DNA of 64,000 nucleotides from Macrostomum lignano (taxonomy: Eukaryota): positions 186,001 to 250,000 of the forward strand of contig NIVC01000323.1 in assembly GCA_002269645.1 (NCBI GenBank), given 5' to 3'. This document shows, piece after piece, positions 33,701 to 46,059 of this stretch. A program made the position numbers and the translations under genes. The stretch's first letter is position 1; each line of letters opens with the position of its first letter. The notes beneath the pieces are model-generated. The model worked only from the letters and a program-made list of their open reading frames with translations. It made no database searches and was not told the origin of the DNA.

Positions 33701-36700
33701 CCCCTCTGCCCCCTCTGCCCCTCTGCCCCTCTGCCCCCTCCGCCGGCTCTGCCCCTCTGCCCCTCTAACCCCTCCGCCCCCTCTGCCCCTCTGCCGGCTC
33801 TGCCCCTCTGCCCTGCCCCTCCGCCCCCTCTGCCCTCTGCTCATCTGCCCCTCTGCCCCTCTGCCACCTCTGCCCCTCTGCCCCTCTGCCCCTCTGCCCC
33901 CCTGCCCCCTCTGCTCCCTCCGCCCCCTCCGCTCCCTCTGCCCCTCCGCCCCTCTGCCCTTCTGCCCCTCTGCCCCTCTGCCCCCTCTGCCCCTCTGCCT
34001 CCTCTGCCCCTCTGCCCCCTCTGCCCCTCTGCCCCTCTGCCCTGCCCCCTCCGCCCCTCTGCCCCTCTGCCCCGCCCCCTCTGCCCCTCTGCCCCCTCTG
34101 CCCCTCTGCCCCTCTGCCCCTCTGCCCCCCCTGCCCCCTCTGCCCTCTCTACCCCCTCTGCCGGCTCTGCTCCTCTGCCCCCTCCGCCCCCTCTGCCCCT
34201 TCTGCCGGCTCTGCCCCTCTGCCCCTCCGCCCCTCTGCCCCTCTGCCCCCTGCCCCCTCTGCTCCCTCTACCCCCTCTGCCGGCTCTGCCCCTCTGCCCT
34301 GCCCCTCCGCCCCTCTGCCCCTCTGCTCATCTGCCCCTCTGCCCCTCTGCCACCTCTGCCCCTCTGCCCCTCTGCCCTCTGCCCCCCCTGCCCCCTCTGC
34401 CCCCTCCGCCCCCTCTGCCCCTCTGCCCTCTGCCCCTTTGCCCTCTCTACCCCCTCTGCCGGCTCTGCTCCTCTGCCCCCTCCGCCCCCTCTGCCCCCTC
34501 TGCCGGCTCTGCCCCTCTGCCCCTCTGCCCCTCTGCCCCTCTGCCCCCCCTGCCCCCTCTGCCCTCTCTACCCCTCTGCCGGCTCTGCTCCTCTGCCCCT
34601 CCGCCCCTCTGCCCCCTCTGCCGGCTCTGCCCCTCTGCCCCTCCGCCCCCTCTGCCCCTCTGCCCCCCTGCCCCCTCTGCTCCCTCTACCCCCTCTGCCG
34701 GCTCTGCCCCTCTGCCCTGCCCCTCCGCCCCCTCTGCCCCTCTGCTCATCTGCCCCTCTGCCCCTCTGCCACCTCTGCCCCTCTGCCCCTCTGCCCCTCT
34801 GCCCCCCTGCCCCTCTGCCCCTCCGCCCCCTCTGCCCTCTGCCCCTCTGCCCCTTTGCCCTCTCTACCCCCTCTGCCGGCTCTGCTCCTCTGCCCCCTCC
34901 GCCCCCTCTGCCCCCTCTGCCGGCTCTGCCCTCTGCCCCTCCGCCCCCTCTGCCCCTCTGCCCCCCTGCCCCCTCTGCTCTCTCTGCCCCCTCTGCCGGC
35001 TCTGCCCCTCTGCCCCCTCCGCCCCTCTGCCCCTCTGCCCCCCCTGCCCCCTCTGCCCCCTCTGCCCTGCCCCTCCGCCCCCTCTGCCCCTCTGCCCCTC
35101 TGCCCCTCTGCCCCTCTGCCCCCTCCGCCCCCTCTGCCCCTCTGCCCCTCTGCCCCTTTGCCCTCTCTACCCCCTCTGCCGGCTCTGCTCCTCCGCCCCC
35201 TCTGCCCCTCTGCCCCTCTGCCCCTCTGCCCCTCTGCCCCCTCCTCCCCTCTGCCCCTCTGCCCCTCTGCCCCTTTGCCCTCTCTACCCCCTCTGCCGGC
35301 TCTGCCCCTCTGCCCCCTCCGCCCCCTCTGCCCCTCTGCCCCCCCTGCCCCCTCCGCCCCCTCTGCCCCTCTGCCCCCTCCGCCCCCTGCCCTGCCCCCT
35401 CCGCCCCCTCTGCTCCTCTGCCACTCTGCCCCTCTGCCGCCTCTGCCCCCTCTGCCCCTCTGCCCCTCCGCCGGCTCTGCCCCTCTGCCCCCTCTAACCC
35501 CTCCGCTCCCTCTGCCCCTCTGCCGGCTCTGCCCCTCTGCCCTGCCCCCTCCGCCCCCTCTGCCCCTCTGCTCATCTGCCCCTCTGCCCCTCTGCCCCTC
35601 TGCCCCTCTGCCCCCTCTGCCCCCTCTGCCCCTCTGCCGGCTCTGCCCCTCTGCCCTCTGCCCCTCTGCCCCTCTGCCCCTCTGCCCCCCTGCCCCCTCT
35701 GCTCCCTCCGCCCCCTCCGCTCCCTCTGCCCCCTCCGCCCCCTCTGCCCCTCTGCCCCTCTGCCCCTCTGCCCCCTCTGCCCTCTGCCTCCTCTGCCCCT
35801 CTGCCCCCTCTGCCCCTCTGCCCCTCTGCCCTGCCCCCTCCGCCCCTCTGCCCCTCTGCCCCGCCCCCTCTGCCCCTCTGCCCCGCCCCCTCTGCCCTCT
35901 GCCCCTCTGCCCCTCTGCCCCTCTGCCCCCTCCGCCCCTCTGCCCTCTGCCCCTCTGCCCCTCTGCCCCCTCTGCCCCTCTGCCCCTCTGCCCCTCTGCC
36001 CCCTCCGCCCCTCTGCCCCTCTGCCCCTCTGCCCCTCTGCCCCTCCGCCCCTCTGCCCCTCTGCCCCTTTGCCCCCTCTGCCCCTCTGCCCCGCCCCCTC
36101 TGCCCCTCTGCCCCCTCTGCCTTTTCTCGTTCCTTCTGTCCCCTCTGCATTCTTTCTGAGCCTCTTTGATCCCCTTTTGTTCCTTTTGCGCCATCACCGC
36201 TTCCCCTGTTCCTCACAGTTCCACTCTGCAGGCAGTCCACGTCTGCAGACTCTGCACTGCTTTTCAATCTTTCAAGTGTGCCCGAGCTCTCTTTGGTCGA
36301 TTAGCAAATTATACGGGGGGCAAGCAATGACTGACCTCACGCTTATAGTCTGCTGAAATTATGGGATTGGATGGTGCTGGGTGTTGCCTCTGGGGCTTGC
36401 TGAGCTGCTGGAAAGTGCATGCGGACTTGCTCTGGTAAAACACGGCCAGGGCTACTCGTGAAGTGGCTCTCAGCTGCACAGCGGGATGTCTCTGGGTAGA
36501 TTTGCCTTGCATGACCGACTTTTGGCCGGCTCGAGTGGTGAAATGAACGATTTTTAATTGGTGCGGTCGAATCTCGGCCTTTTTAATGGAATTATTGCTG
36601 CCGCTGGCGGGCCTCCAGCTCTGCTTCTAGTCAGCTTTGCCGGGCGGGTGCTTGCTTGAGTTAAATGCTTTTTCTTGTGAATGGGTCTGCCTGTCTATCT

Positions 36701-36799
36701 GTCTGTCTGTCTGTCTGTCTGTCTGCCTGTCTGTCTGTCTGTCTGCCTGTCTGTCTGCCTGTCTGTCTGTCTGTCTGCCTGTCTGTCTGTCTGTCTGCC

Positions 36800-36864
<65 letters not shown>

Positions 36865-36887
36865 GCCTGTCTGTCTGTCTGTCTGCC

Positions 36888-36970
<83 letters not shown>

Positions 36971-36971
36971 G

Positions 36972-37018
<47 letters not shown>

Positions 37019-37114
37019 GTGTCTGTCTGTCTGTCTTAGTGTCTGCCTGTCTGTCTGTCTGTCTGTCTATCTGTCTGTCTGTCTGTCTGCTGTCTTATTG
37101 TCTGTCTGTCTGTG

Positions 37115-37189
<75 letters not shown>

Positions 37190-37190
37190 G

Positions 37191-37241
<51 letters not shown>

Positions 37242-37337
37242 GTGTCTGTCTGTCTGTCTTAGTGTCTGCCTGTCTGTCTGTCTGTCTGTCTATCTGTCTG
37301 TCTGTCTGTCTGCTGTCTTATTGTCTGTCTGTCTGTG

Positions 37338-37372
<35 letters not shown>

Positions 37373-37373
37373 G

Positions 37374-37424
<51 letters not shown>

Positions 37425-40400
37425 ATGTCTGTCTGTCTGTGTCTGTCTTTCTGCTTGTGAGAGATGGTTGAGATGCAGTGAGATTTGGGTTGAGATTCAG
37501 GTGAGTCATGGGTTGAGATGCTGGTGAGAGATTGGTTGAGATTCAGGTGAGAGATGGGTTGAGATGCAGGGGAGAGATTGGTTGATATTTAGGTGAGATT
37601 TGGGTTTAGATTCAGTTGAGAAATGGTTGAGATGCAGGTGAGAGATTGGTTGAGATTCAGGTGAGAGATGGGTTGAGATGCAGGTGAGAGATGGGTTGAG
37701 ATGCAGGTGAGAGATGGGTTGAGATGCAGGTGAGAGATTGGTTGAGATTCACGTGAGAGATGGGGTGAGATGCAGGTGAGACATATGGAATCGGGATTTT
37801 CAAAAATACAATTACTCCAGCCATCCTACTTAAAGTCAAAAAAGCGATTGCAAAAACAAGAAGCAGACTTCATTGTTAAAAAAAACTGAATCGATGCTCT
37901 CGCCTCTTGTTGAGCAAACAGTTTTGAGCAAACTCTCTGCAGAGCCACGAGGATTCGGGAGGGGCTGAGGAAGCGGATTAGCTTTCTTAGAAAACATTAT
38001 TAGTATTAATTATTTATGGCCAGTAAGTTTTGCCTCCACTCAAAAAACCTCTCTCTCTCTCTCCCGCACCTCGCCACTTACTTTGCTGAGCACACATCAG
38101 CCGAAAAACTGAAGTGTGGATGCGGGGCAGCTGCCATCTCTGTCGGGTCGTCAGTGATTGGAGCTTCACACCGATGGCTTCGTCTGCACTTAACTGCTTC
38201 AGGCTCTGCTGCTGCACTTCCTTTACTATTGGGGAAAGCCGGCCGAATTAACTGGGGCATTCTGGGCTGCGGCTGATTATAGCAGCTGGGGAATATTTGC
38301 CAAAATAAACTCATTTTTTTAATTTCATGGAGCTGGAGATGGAGCTACGTGTCGTTGAAGTGAGGGGAGAAGTAAATAGAAAGAAAGATACAGGGAAGAG
38401 GGAAGAGGGAAGAGAGGAGAGAGGAGAGGGGAAGAGAGAAGAGAGGGGAAGGGGAGTAAGGGAGATGGGGAGAGGGGGAGAGAGGAGAGGGGAGAGAATA
38501 AATGGAGAGAGGAGAGGGGAGAGAGGAGAGAGGAAAGGGAGAGAGGAGAGGGGAGAGAATAAATGGAGAGAGGAGAGGGGAAGAGAGAAGAGAGGAGAGG
38601 GGAAGAGAGAGAAGAGGGGAGAGAATAAATGGTGAGAGGAGAGGGGAAGAGAGAAGAGAGGAGAGGGGAAGAGAGAGAAGAGGGGAGAGAATAAATGGTG
38701 AGAGGAGAGGGGAAGAGAGAAGAGAGGAGAGGGGAAGAGAGAGAAGAGGGGAGAGAATAAATGGTGAGAGGAGAGGGGAGAGAATAAATTGAGAGAGGAG
38801 AGGGGAGAGAATAAATGGTGAGAGGAGAGGGGAGAGAATAAATGGAGAGAGGAGAGGGGAAGAGAGAAGAGAGGAGAGGGGAAGAGAGAGAAGAGGGGAG
38901 AGAATAAATTGAGAGAGGAGAGGGGAGAGAATAAATGGAGAGAGGAGAGGGGAGAGAATAAATGGTGAGAGGAGAGGGGAGAGAATAAATGGAGAGAGGA
39001 GAGGGGAGAGAATAAATGGTGAGAGGAGAGGGGAGAGAATAAATGGTGAGAGGAGAGGGGAGAGAATAAATGGAGAGAGGAGAGGGGAGAGAATAAATGG
39101 TGAGAGGAGAGGGGAGAGAATAAATGGAGAGAGGAGAGGGGAGAGAATAAATGGTGAGAGGAGAGGGGAGAGAATAAATGGTGAGAGGAGAGGGGAGAGA
39201 ATAAATGGAGAGAGGAGAGGGGAGAGAGGAGAGAGGAAAGGGAGAGAGGTAGAGAAAGGGGAGAGGGGGGAGAAAAGGGAGAGGGGGAGAAGGGGAGAGG
39301 GGGAGAGAGGGAAGAAGGGGAGGGAGGGCAGAGAGGAGACGGTAGAGGGAAAGAAGGGGAGAGGTGGAGGGGGAGAGAGGAGAGAGGAGAGAGCAGAGGT
39401 AGAGAGAAGGGAAGAAAGCGAAGAGAGAGGAGAGGGGAGCGGTAGAGAGAGGGTAGAAGGGGAAAGGGGGAGAGAGGAGAGAGGAGACGGGAGAGCGCAG
39501 CAATACTCGTAGATTTAGCAATCGTTAGTAAGTGTTTTTAAAGACACCTGGAATAGCTTTGAGCCACGATAGCTTCAAAATTGGTGTGTCCATGATTCCC
39601 CCCCCCCAGTGCTTTTTTCAAGCAGTGCATTTCGCCTTCAATTACAACATTAGTATATATTATTATCAATAGATAGATTTAGTGGGACGAAGCGACATGG
39701 CATGTGCATTAATTAATAGTTCACCGATCGACGTAACCCTACACGTATATACAAATGAAAACCTCTCCGCTACGAAAAAGCCTGAGCCCAACCCCCTCCT
39801 CATTGAAGAAATTTGATATGCATTTACGATCGGTACGTTTTGATTGGGTAAATCTCTTTTATTTAGACTTAAGAAACATTTTATGTCTTATTCTGCTACA
39901 ACGGTAAATTCTAGTGGTCCTTGAGCTTGCGATGGGTCACAATAAGAGAGGGGGAGAGAGTGAAGAGGGAAATGATAGGAATAGAGGGGAGAGATGATAC
40001 AGAGGAGGGAGGAGAGATGCGAGAGAGGGTGACGGGAGAGAGAGGGGATACAGAGGCGAGAAGTGAGAGAGGAGAGAGGATGATAAAGAGGAGAGAAAAG
40101 AGATGGGAGAGGGTGGGATATAGGGAGAAACGGGAGAGAGGAGGAGAAGGGAGAGGAAGAGAGGGAAGAGTTGGAAGAGAGGTCAAAAGAGGGGAGAGAG
40201 GGCGAGGGGGAGATGGGGAGAGAAGGGGGATAGGGAGAGAAGGGAGATAGGGAGAGAAGGGGGATAGGGAGAGAAGGGGGATAGGGAGAGAAGGGAGATA
40301 GGGAGAGAAGGGAGATAGGGAGAGAAGGGGGATAGGGAGAGAAGGGGGATAGGGAGAGAAGGGAGATAGGGAGAGAAGGGAGATAGGGAGAGAAGGAGGA

Positions 40401-43400
40401 TAGGGAGAGAAGGGGGATATGGAGAGAAGGGGGATAGGGAGAGAAGGGGGATAGGGAGAGAAGGAGGATAGGGAGAGAAGGGGGATAGGGAGAGAAGGGG
40501 GATAGGGAGAGAAGGGAGATAGGGAGAGAAGGAGGATAGGGAGAGAAGGGGGATAGGGAGAGAAGGGAGATAGGGAGAGAAGGGAGATAGGGAAAGAAGG
40601 GAGATAGAGGAGGGAGAGAAGAGAGAGAGGAGAGAAGGGGGATAGGGAGAGAAGGGAGAGAGGAGAGAAAGGGGATAGGGAGAGAAGGGAGATAGGGAGA
40701 GAAGGGAGATAGGGGAGAGAAGGGAGATAGGGAGAGAAGGGAGATAGGGAGAGAAGGGAGATAGGGAAAGAAGGGAGATAGGGAAAGAAGGGAGATAGAG
40801 GAGGGAGAGAAGGGAGAGAGGAGAGAAGGGAGATAGGGAGAGAAGGGAGATAGGGAAAGAAGGGAGATAGGGAAAGAAGGGAGATAGAGGAGGGAGAGAA
40901 GGGAGAGAGGAGAGAAGGGAGATAGGGAGAGAAGCGAGATAGAGGAGGGAGAGAGGAGAGAGGGGTAGAGAAGGGATCGATAGGGAGAGAAGGGAGATAG
41001 GGGAGAGAAGGGAGATAGGGAGAGAAGGGAGATAGGGAAAGAAGGGAGATAGGGAAAGAAGGGAGATAGAAGAGGGAGAGAAGGGAGAGAGGAGAGAAGG
41101 GAGATAGGGAGAGAAGCGAGATAGAGGAGGGAGAGAAGGGAGAGAGGAGAGAGGGGTAGAGAAGGGATCGATAGGGAGAGAAGGGAGAGAGGGAGAGAGG
41201 GAGAGAGGGAGAGAGTTGAGAGAGTGAGAGTTAGAATAAGTGGATTAAGATTGAAGGAGAAAGGGAGACCGAAACCCATTTTTTGTGAAACACACAAAAG
41301 TCCGTCCACTCAGCTTGGAAACCTCTTTTCTGACTTTTTTTCTCCGGTTTTCAATTCAGACTCAAAAACTGTCTAAGCAGTAAAAATCGGAATAGTTTAT
41401 CAGCTACTTTATAACCAAATCTTCACTTCCTGTCCAACTCGGTGCTACTCTGAATTTCAACTTCCGGCCCTCTCTGATCTTCTCAATTATTTTCGCTCTT
41501 CACTTTTGCCCTCAGTTTTTAACTGGTCACGGAATGCCGCCAGAGCTGGTCGGTTTTACTAATTTTACTTTTTTCGAGTTCAGACGTGCCAGTGCTGGGC
41601 CGGTCAGCTCTTTTCGGGAAAATATGTGAAAATAGAGTGAATTTTAATTTAACGCAAAAATAATCTTTAATTATTTGGCGCCAAAATAGCAAAATAAAAC
41701 TATTATTTTAATTCGGCGCCAGAATTTTTGTTTAGCTAAGCAACTAATTTAACGCCAAAATTAATTATCGTTTAATTCGGCGCCAAAATATTACGGGTAG
41801 ATTAAGAGCCAAATATTTTCAATTTGGCGCCAAAAGTATTAGTTTAACTTACGGTTAAATTAAATGCCAAAATATTATTTAATTTGGCGCCAAAACATTT
41901 GTTTAACCTAGGAATAAATTAAGAGCCAAAATACTATTTAATTTGGCGCTAAAATATTTGTTTAACTTACGGTAAAATTAAGAGCCAAAGTATAATTTAA
42001 TTTGGCGGCAAAAATATTTTCTTAGCTTACGGTTAAATTACGAGCCCAAATATTATTTAACTTGGCGTCAAATATTTGTTTAATTGGGTGCCAACTATAG
42101 CAGTTTAAATTGGCGCCAAAATAGAAGATTTGATTCGTCGTTATCAAATTCAAGTAGATTTAACGGATCTAATCAATTCAAGAAGGCAGAGGCGCCACTG
42201 CTAGAAGAATACTCGGCGTTTTCAACCCCGTGTTTGCCAGTGGATTTTTCTGTTTCCTGGAACCGAGAGAATTTGAGTAGGGGGGGGGGGGGTGGGGCAG
42301 CAACGATGCTGCATGCGGAGAACCCTGAGGGCCATGCAGCCCCCTCCCCCCCCCGGAGGGAGCATCCTGCATGGCTTTTCATCGAGAAACATCATGGTTT
42401 TTTGCTAAAGAAAATCCCCCAGGAACCGGTCAACATCCCTTGCTTCTCTTTTGTCCCAAACATCACGTAGGCCTCGGCTGTAGCCACATCGTGCAGTTTT
42501 ATATATGAATTCCCTACAGAGTCGAGCATATCTTTTGTTGCCAACATAAGATTGGGACATTTTCCCCGGTTCTCCGCTGTCCGCTGACATTTTTACGTCA
42601 AAGATGCTCGAATCCTGCTAGAATCCCGAATTGTTCAGAATCCCGAATTTCTCAGAATCTTGAATTTCTCAGAATCTTGAATTTCTCAGAATCCCGAATT
42701 TCTCAGAATCCCGAATTTCTCAGAATCTTGAATTTCTCAGAATCTTGAATTTCTCAGAATCCCGAATTTCTCAGAATCCCGAATTTCTCGGAATCCCGAA
42801 TTTCCCAGAATCCCGAATTTCTCAGAATCCCGAATTTCTCGGAACCCCGAATTTCTCAGAATCCCAAATTTCTCAGAATCCCGAATTTCTCATAATCCAG
42901 AATTTCTCAGAATTTTGAATCTCTCAGAACCCCGAATTTCTCAGAATCCCGAATTTCTCAGAATCCCGAATTTCTCAGAAACCCGAATTTTTCTGAATCC
43001 CAAATTTCTCTGAATCCCGAATTTCTCAGTATCCTGAATTTCTCAGAATTTTGAATCTCTCAGAACCCCGAATTTCTCAGAATCCCGAATTTCTCAGAAT
43101 CCCGAATTTCTCAGAATCCCGAATTTCTCAGAATCCCGAATTTTTCTGAATCCCGAATTTCTCAGAATCCCGAATTTCTCACAATCTCAAACATCTACCG
43201 ATTTCAGAATCCGAAAAGGTGAATTAGTTAAAAACAAAAACATCAATTCCCAAATTCTCCCATCCGCAGGCAGCTCTGCATTCACGCATTTTTCGGACCG
43301 GTGACTGATTACGCAATCACGCAGTTCATCCCGTTCACATTTCACAATCGGATACCGGAAGTCACGCCGGGAGCCGTGCGAGACGTCTTTCACGACAGAC

Positions 43401-43688
43401 AGGGCACCAGAATGATCCGGGTGACCCCGTTTCGAATGGAGGTGCTGCCAGACATCATTCGAGTGTTCATGCGGGACAACAACTGGCGGCGGGTGACCTT
43501 TGTGTTCAGAGAGGTGGCCTACCAGCCGTCAGATGACATCCCCAGTTTGAGAGGCTTGGGCCAGGCGCTCATGAACTGGTGCACCAGGATATCCGGTGCC
43601 CTGTACGGCATCGACTGCGTGTTCGAGTTGGCTGGCTCGCTGAGCTGGGAGGATGTGCTGACCAGGAAAGTTGGCACTGGGAAGGCCT
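30776..43688 (+). CDS. ANF-receptor ectodomain cassette A (signal peptide + N-terminal part of a natriuretic-peptide-receptor/receptor-guanylyl-cyclase-type ligand-binding domain), 267 codons. Exons 30776-31158 and 43270-43688; no downstream exon found
   Basis: The exon 1 donor (GG|GTGAG, phase 2) joins the exon 2 acceptor (CAG|G) in frame across a 12.1-kb intron. Product has [38 protein letters not shown] and [10 protein letters not shown]. It ends [14 protein letters not shown] at a phase-1 GTGAGT donor. Confidence 0.75.
31270..31700. repeat. Degenerate ATCTCA-rich repeat
   Basis: Recurrent ctcatctc/ctcacccc..atctc motifs. Confidence 0.75.
32300..33035. repeat. 14-bp minisatellite (tgtgtctgcatgtc)
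   Basis: Tandem copies. Confidence 0.95.
33610..36125. repeat. C-rich 8-9-bp satellite (ctgcccct)n, G-rich on the minus strand
   Basis: 2.5-kb low-complexity array. Confidence 0.97.
36685..37450. repeat. (TCTG)n microsatellite
   Basis: Long tetranucleotide run with variants. Confidence 0.97.
37455..37790. repeat. 23-bp minisatellite (gttgagatgcaggtgagagatgg)
   Basis: Tandem copies. Confidence 0.9.
38380..41230. repeat. Two purine-rich (GA) satellite arrays (38380-39500; 39945-41230)
   Basis: Units gagaggagaggggagagaataaatg and gggagagaagggagata. Confidence 0.95.
41670..42125. repeat. About 59-60-bp degenerate tandem repeat with a TTTGGCGCCAAA core
   Basis: Core at about 41823, 41883, 41942, 42001 and 42061, plus less regular copies. 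Confidence 0.8.
42620..43185. repeat. 17-bp minisatellite (gaatcccgaatttctca)
   Basis: Tandem copies. Confidence 0.95.
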
Positions 43689-43689
43689 G

Positions 43690-45200
43690 TGAGTGTACAG
43701 TGTGTCTAACAGGGTTTACAGTGTGTCTAACAGGGTTTACAGTGTGTCTAACAGGTTTTACAGTGTGTCTTACAGGTTTTAAAACGTGTCTAACAGTGTT
43801 TACAGTGCGTCTAAAAGCTTTTTAAAGTGTATCTTAAACAGGGTTAACAGTGTTTCTAACAGGGTGTACTGTGTATCTAACAGGGTGTACAGTGTGTCTA
43901 ACAGTGTTTACAGTGTGTCTAACAGGTTTACAGTGTGTCTAACAGGTTTTACAGTGTGTCTTACAGGTTTTAAAACGTGTCTAACAGTGTTTACAGTGCG
44001 TCTAAAAGCTTTTTAAAGTGTATCTTAAACAGGGTTTTCAGTGTTTCTAACAGGGTGTACTGTGTATCTAACAGGGTGTACAGTGTGTCTAACAGTGTTT
44101 ACAGTGTGTCTAACAGGTTTACAGTGTGTCTAACAGTGTTTACAGTGTGTCTAACAGTGTTTACTGTGTGTCTAACAGTGTTTACAGTGTGTCTAACAGT
44201 TTTTTAATGTGTATCTAACAGTGTTTACAGTGTGTCTAACAGCTTTTTAAAGTGTGTCTAACAGGTTTTACAGTGTGTCTAACAGGTTTTAAAGCGTGTC
44301 TAACAGGGTTTCTAGTGTGTCCAACAGGGTTTACAGTGTGTCTAACAGGTTTTACAGTGTGTCTAACAGGTTTTACAGTGTGTCTAACAGGTTTTACAGT
44401 GTGTCTAACAGCTTTTTAAAGTGTATCTAACAGGGTTTACAGTGTGTCTAACAGTGTTTACAGTGCGTCTAACAGCTTTTTAAAGTGTATCTAACAGGGT
44501 TTACAGTGTGTCTAACAGGGTTTACAGTGTGTCTAACAGGGTGTACAGTGTGTTTAACAGCTTTTTAAAGTGTATCTAACAGGGTTTCCAGTGTGTCTAA
44601 CAGGGTGTACAGTGTGTTTAACAGCTTTTTAAAGTGTATCTAACAGGGTTTAAAGCGTGTCTAACAGGGTTTACAGTATCTAACAGGTTTTACAGTGTGT
44701 CTTACAGCTTTTTAAAGTGTATCTAACAGGGTTTCCAGTGTGTCTAACAGGGTTTCCAGTATGTCTAACAGGGTTTCCAGTGTGTCTAACAGGATTTTCA
44801 GTGTGTCTAACAGGGTGTCCAGTGTGTCTAACAGGGTTTACAGTGTGTCCAACAGGGTGTACAGTGTATCTAACAGAGTTTACGGTGTATCTAACAGGGT
44901 TTACAGTGTGTCTAACAGGGTTTCCGGTGTGTCTAACGGGGTTTACAGTGTCTAACAGGGTTTCCAGTGTGTCTAACAGGATTTTGCTGTGTGTCGAACA
45001 GTTCTACAATATCTAACACATCAACAGTATCTAACAGCTCTTCAGTATCTAACAGATCTACTGTATCTAACACATCTACAATATCTAACACATCAACAGT
45101 ATCTAACAGCTCTTCAGTATCTAACAGATCTACCGTATCTAACACATCTACAGTATCTAACGGATATACAATATCTAACGGATGTACCGTACAGTATCTT
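43690..45200. repeat. 21-bp minisatellite (tctaacagggtttacagtgtg) starting at the cassette A donor
   Basis: Tandem copies degenerating toward 45200. Confidence 0.93.
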
Positions 45201-46059
45201 ACGGGTGTACAATATCTAACAGGTAGCCAATTTGTAATGAGTAGGACCATGAATTGAACGTATAAAACATTACACGCATGAACTTGTGAATTCGGAGGCT
45301 TCCTGTAGATGCAATTTAGCAAATCTTCCACACATAATTTTATCATATTTATGCTAATTATCCTACTTCTAAACAGTAGACAAATAGCAAATCGAATTTG
45401 ATAGGGGAAATTTGTTTTAACGATTTTTACGCTTTTCGTCTGGCTAAAAAACACGTTCTTACTACTTACAGTAACTGAAAAGCAAATAGTAGCATAAATC
45501 TATTAAGGGGTATTGCTAAGTTAAAATTTTGAAAGCATTGTTGAGGCATTATTGAGAATTTTACAATTCCGCTTGTCGGACCCCAGCCGAAAAAAGCAGC
45601 GGCTTTCTGAATGTCTGCCCGTTTAGTCTGTCTGCCTCAGCGAGATTTTGCAGCGCTTAGCAAACAAGCCAGTCATTGCTGCCCCCGCACCTTTTTTAAT
45701 GAATAAGCTGCAGTTTAAGCTCCTGGCTTGTTGACTCAAGTATGGGCGCTGCGCTGCACTGCCCCAGCAACTGGCATTGCTCTGAGGACTCTGGGGAATG
45801 CTCAGTGCAATGCATGCTAAAGTGAAATGCTTCCAGTACAGCATGCCGAATTTCGGCTGGCTTGATAATTATGAAAATAATCATTCCGCGTCACGATTTT
45901 TGAATTTCATTTCATGCCTGTCTACCTGCCTGGCTGAGGCGGCAAAAAAACACAACAGCTTCTTGTTCCTGTCGTCATCTCTTCTGTCTGCCTGTCTTCT
46001 GTGCGGATGGTTATTTCCTGAGACCTAATACTTTTCTGGATGGAAGCTGGGCTCTATTA

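Noticed and set aside
33576-36356. 926-aa Pro/Cys-rich ORF and Gly/Arg/Glu-rich antisense ORFs
   Set aside because: Translation of a C-rich satellite open in multiple frames on both strands; lies inside an intron.
37800-37995. F-box-like peptide on the minus strand ([24 protein letters not shown])
   Set aside because: Preceded by an in-frame stop with only a weak acceptor; probably chance.
45629-45710. Possible phase-1 terminal exon for cassette A (FCLPQRDFAALSKQASHCCPRTFFNE*)
   Set aside because: Weak acceptor and no resemblance to the expected next ANF-domain strand. It cannot be excluded without RNA data.
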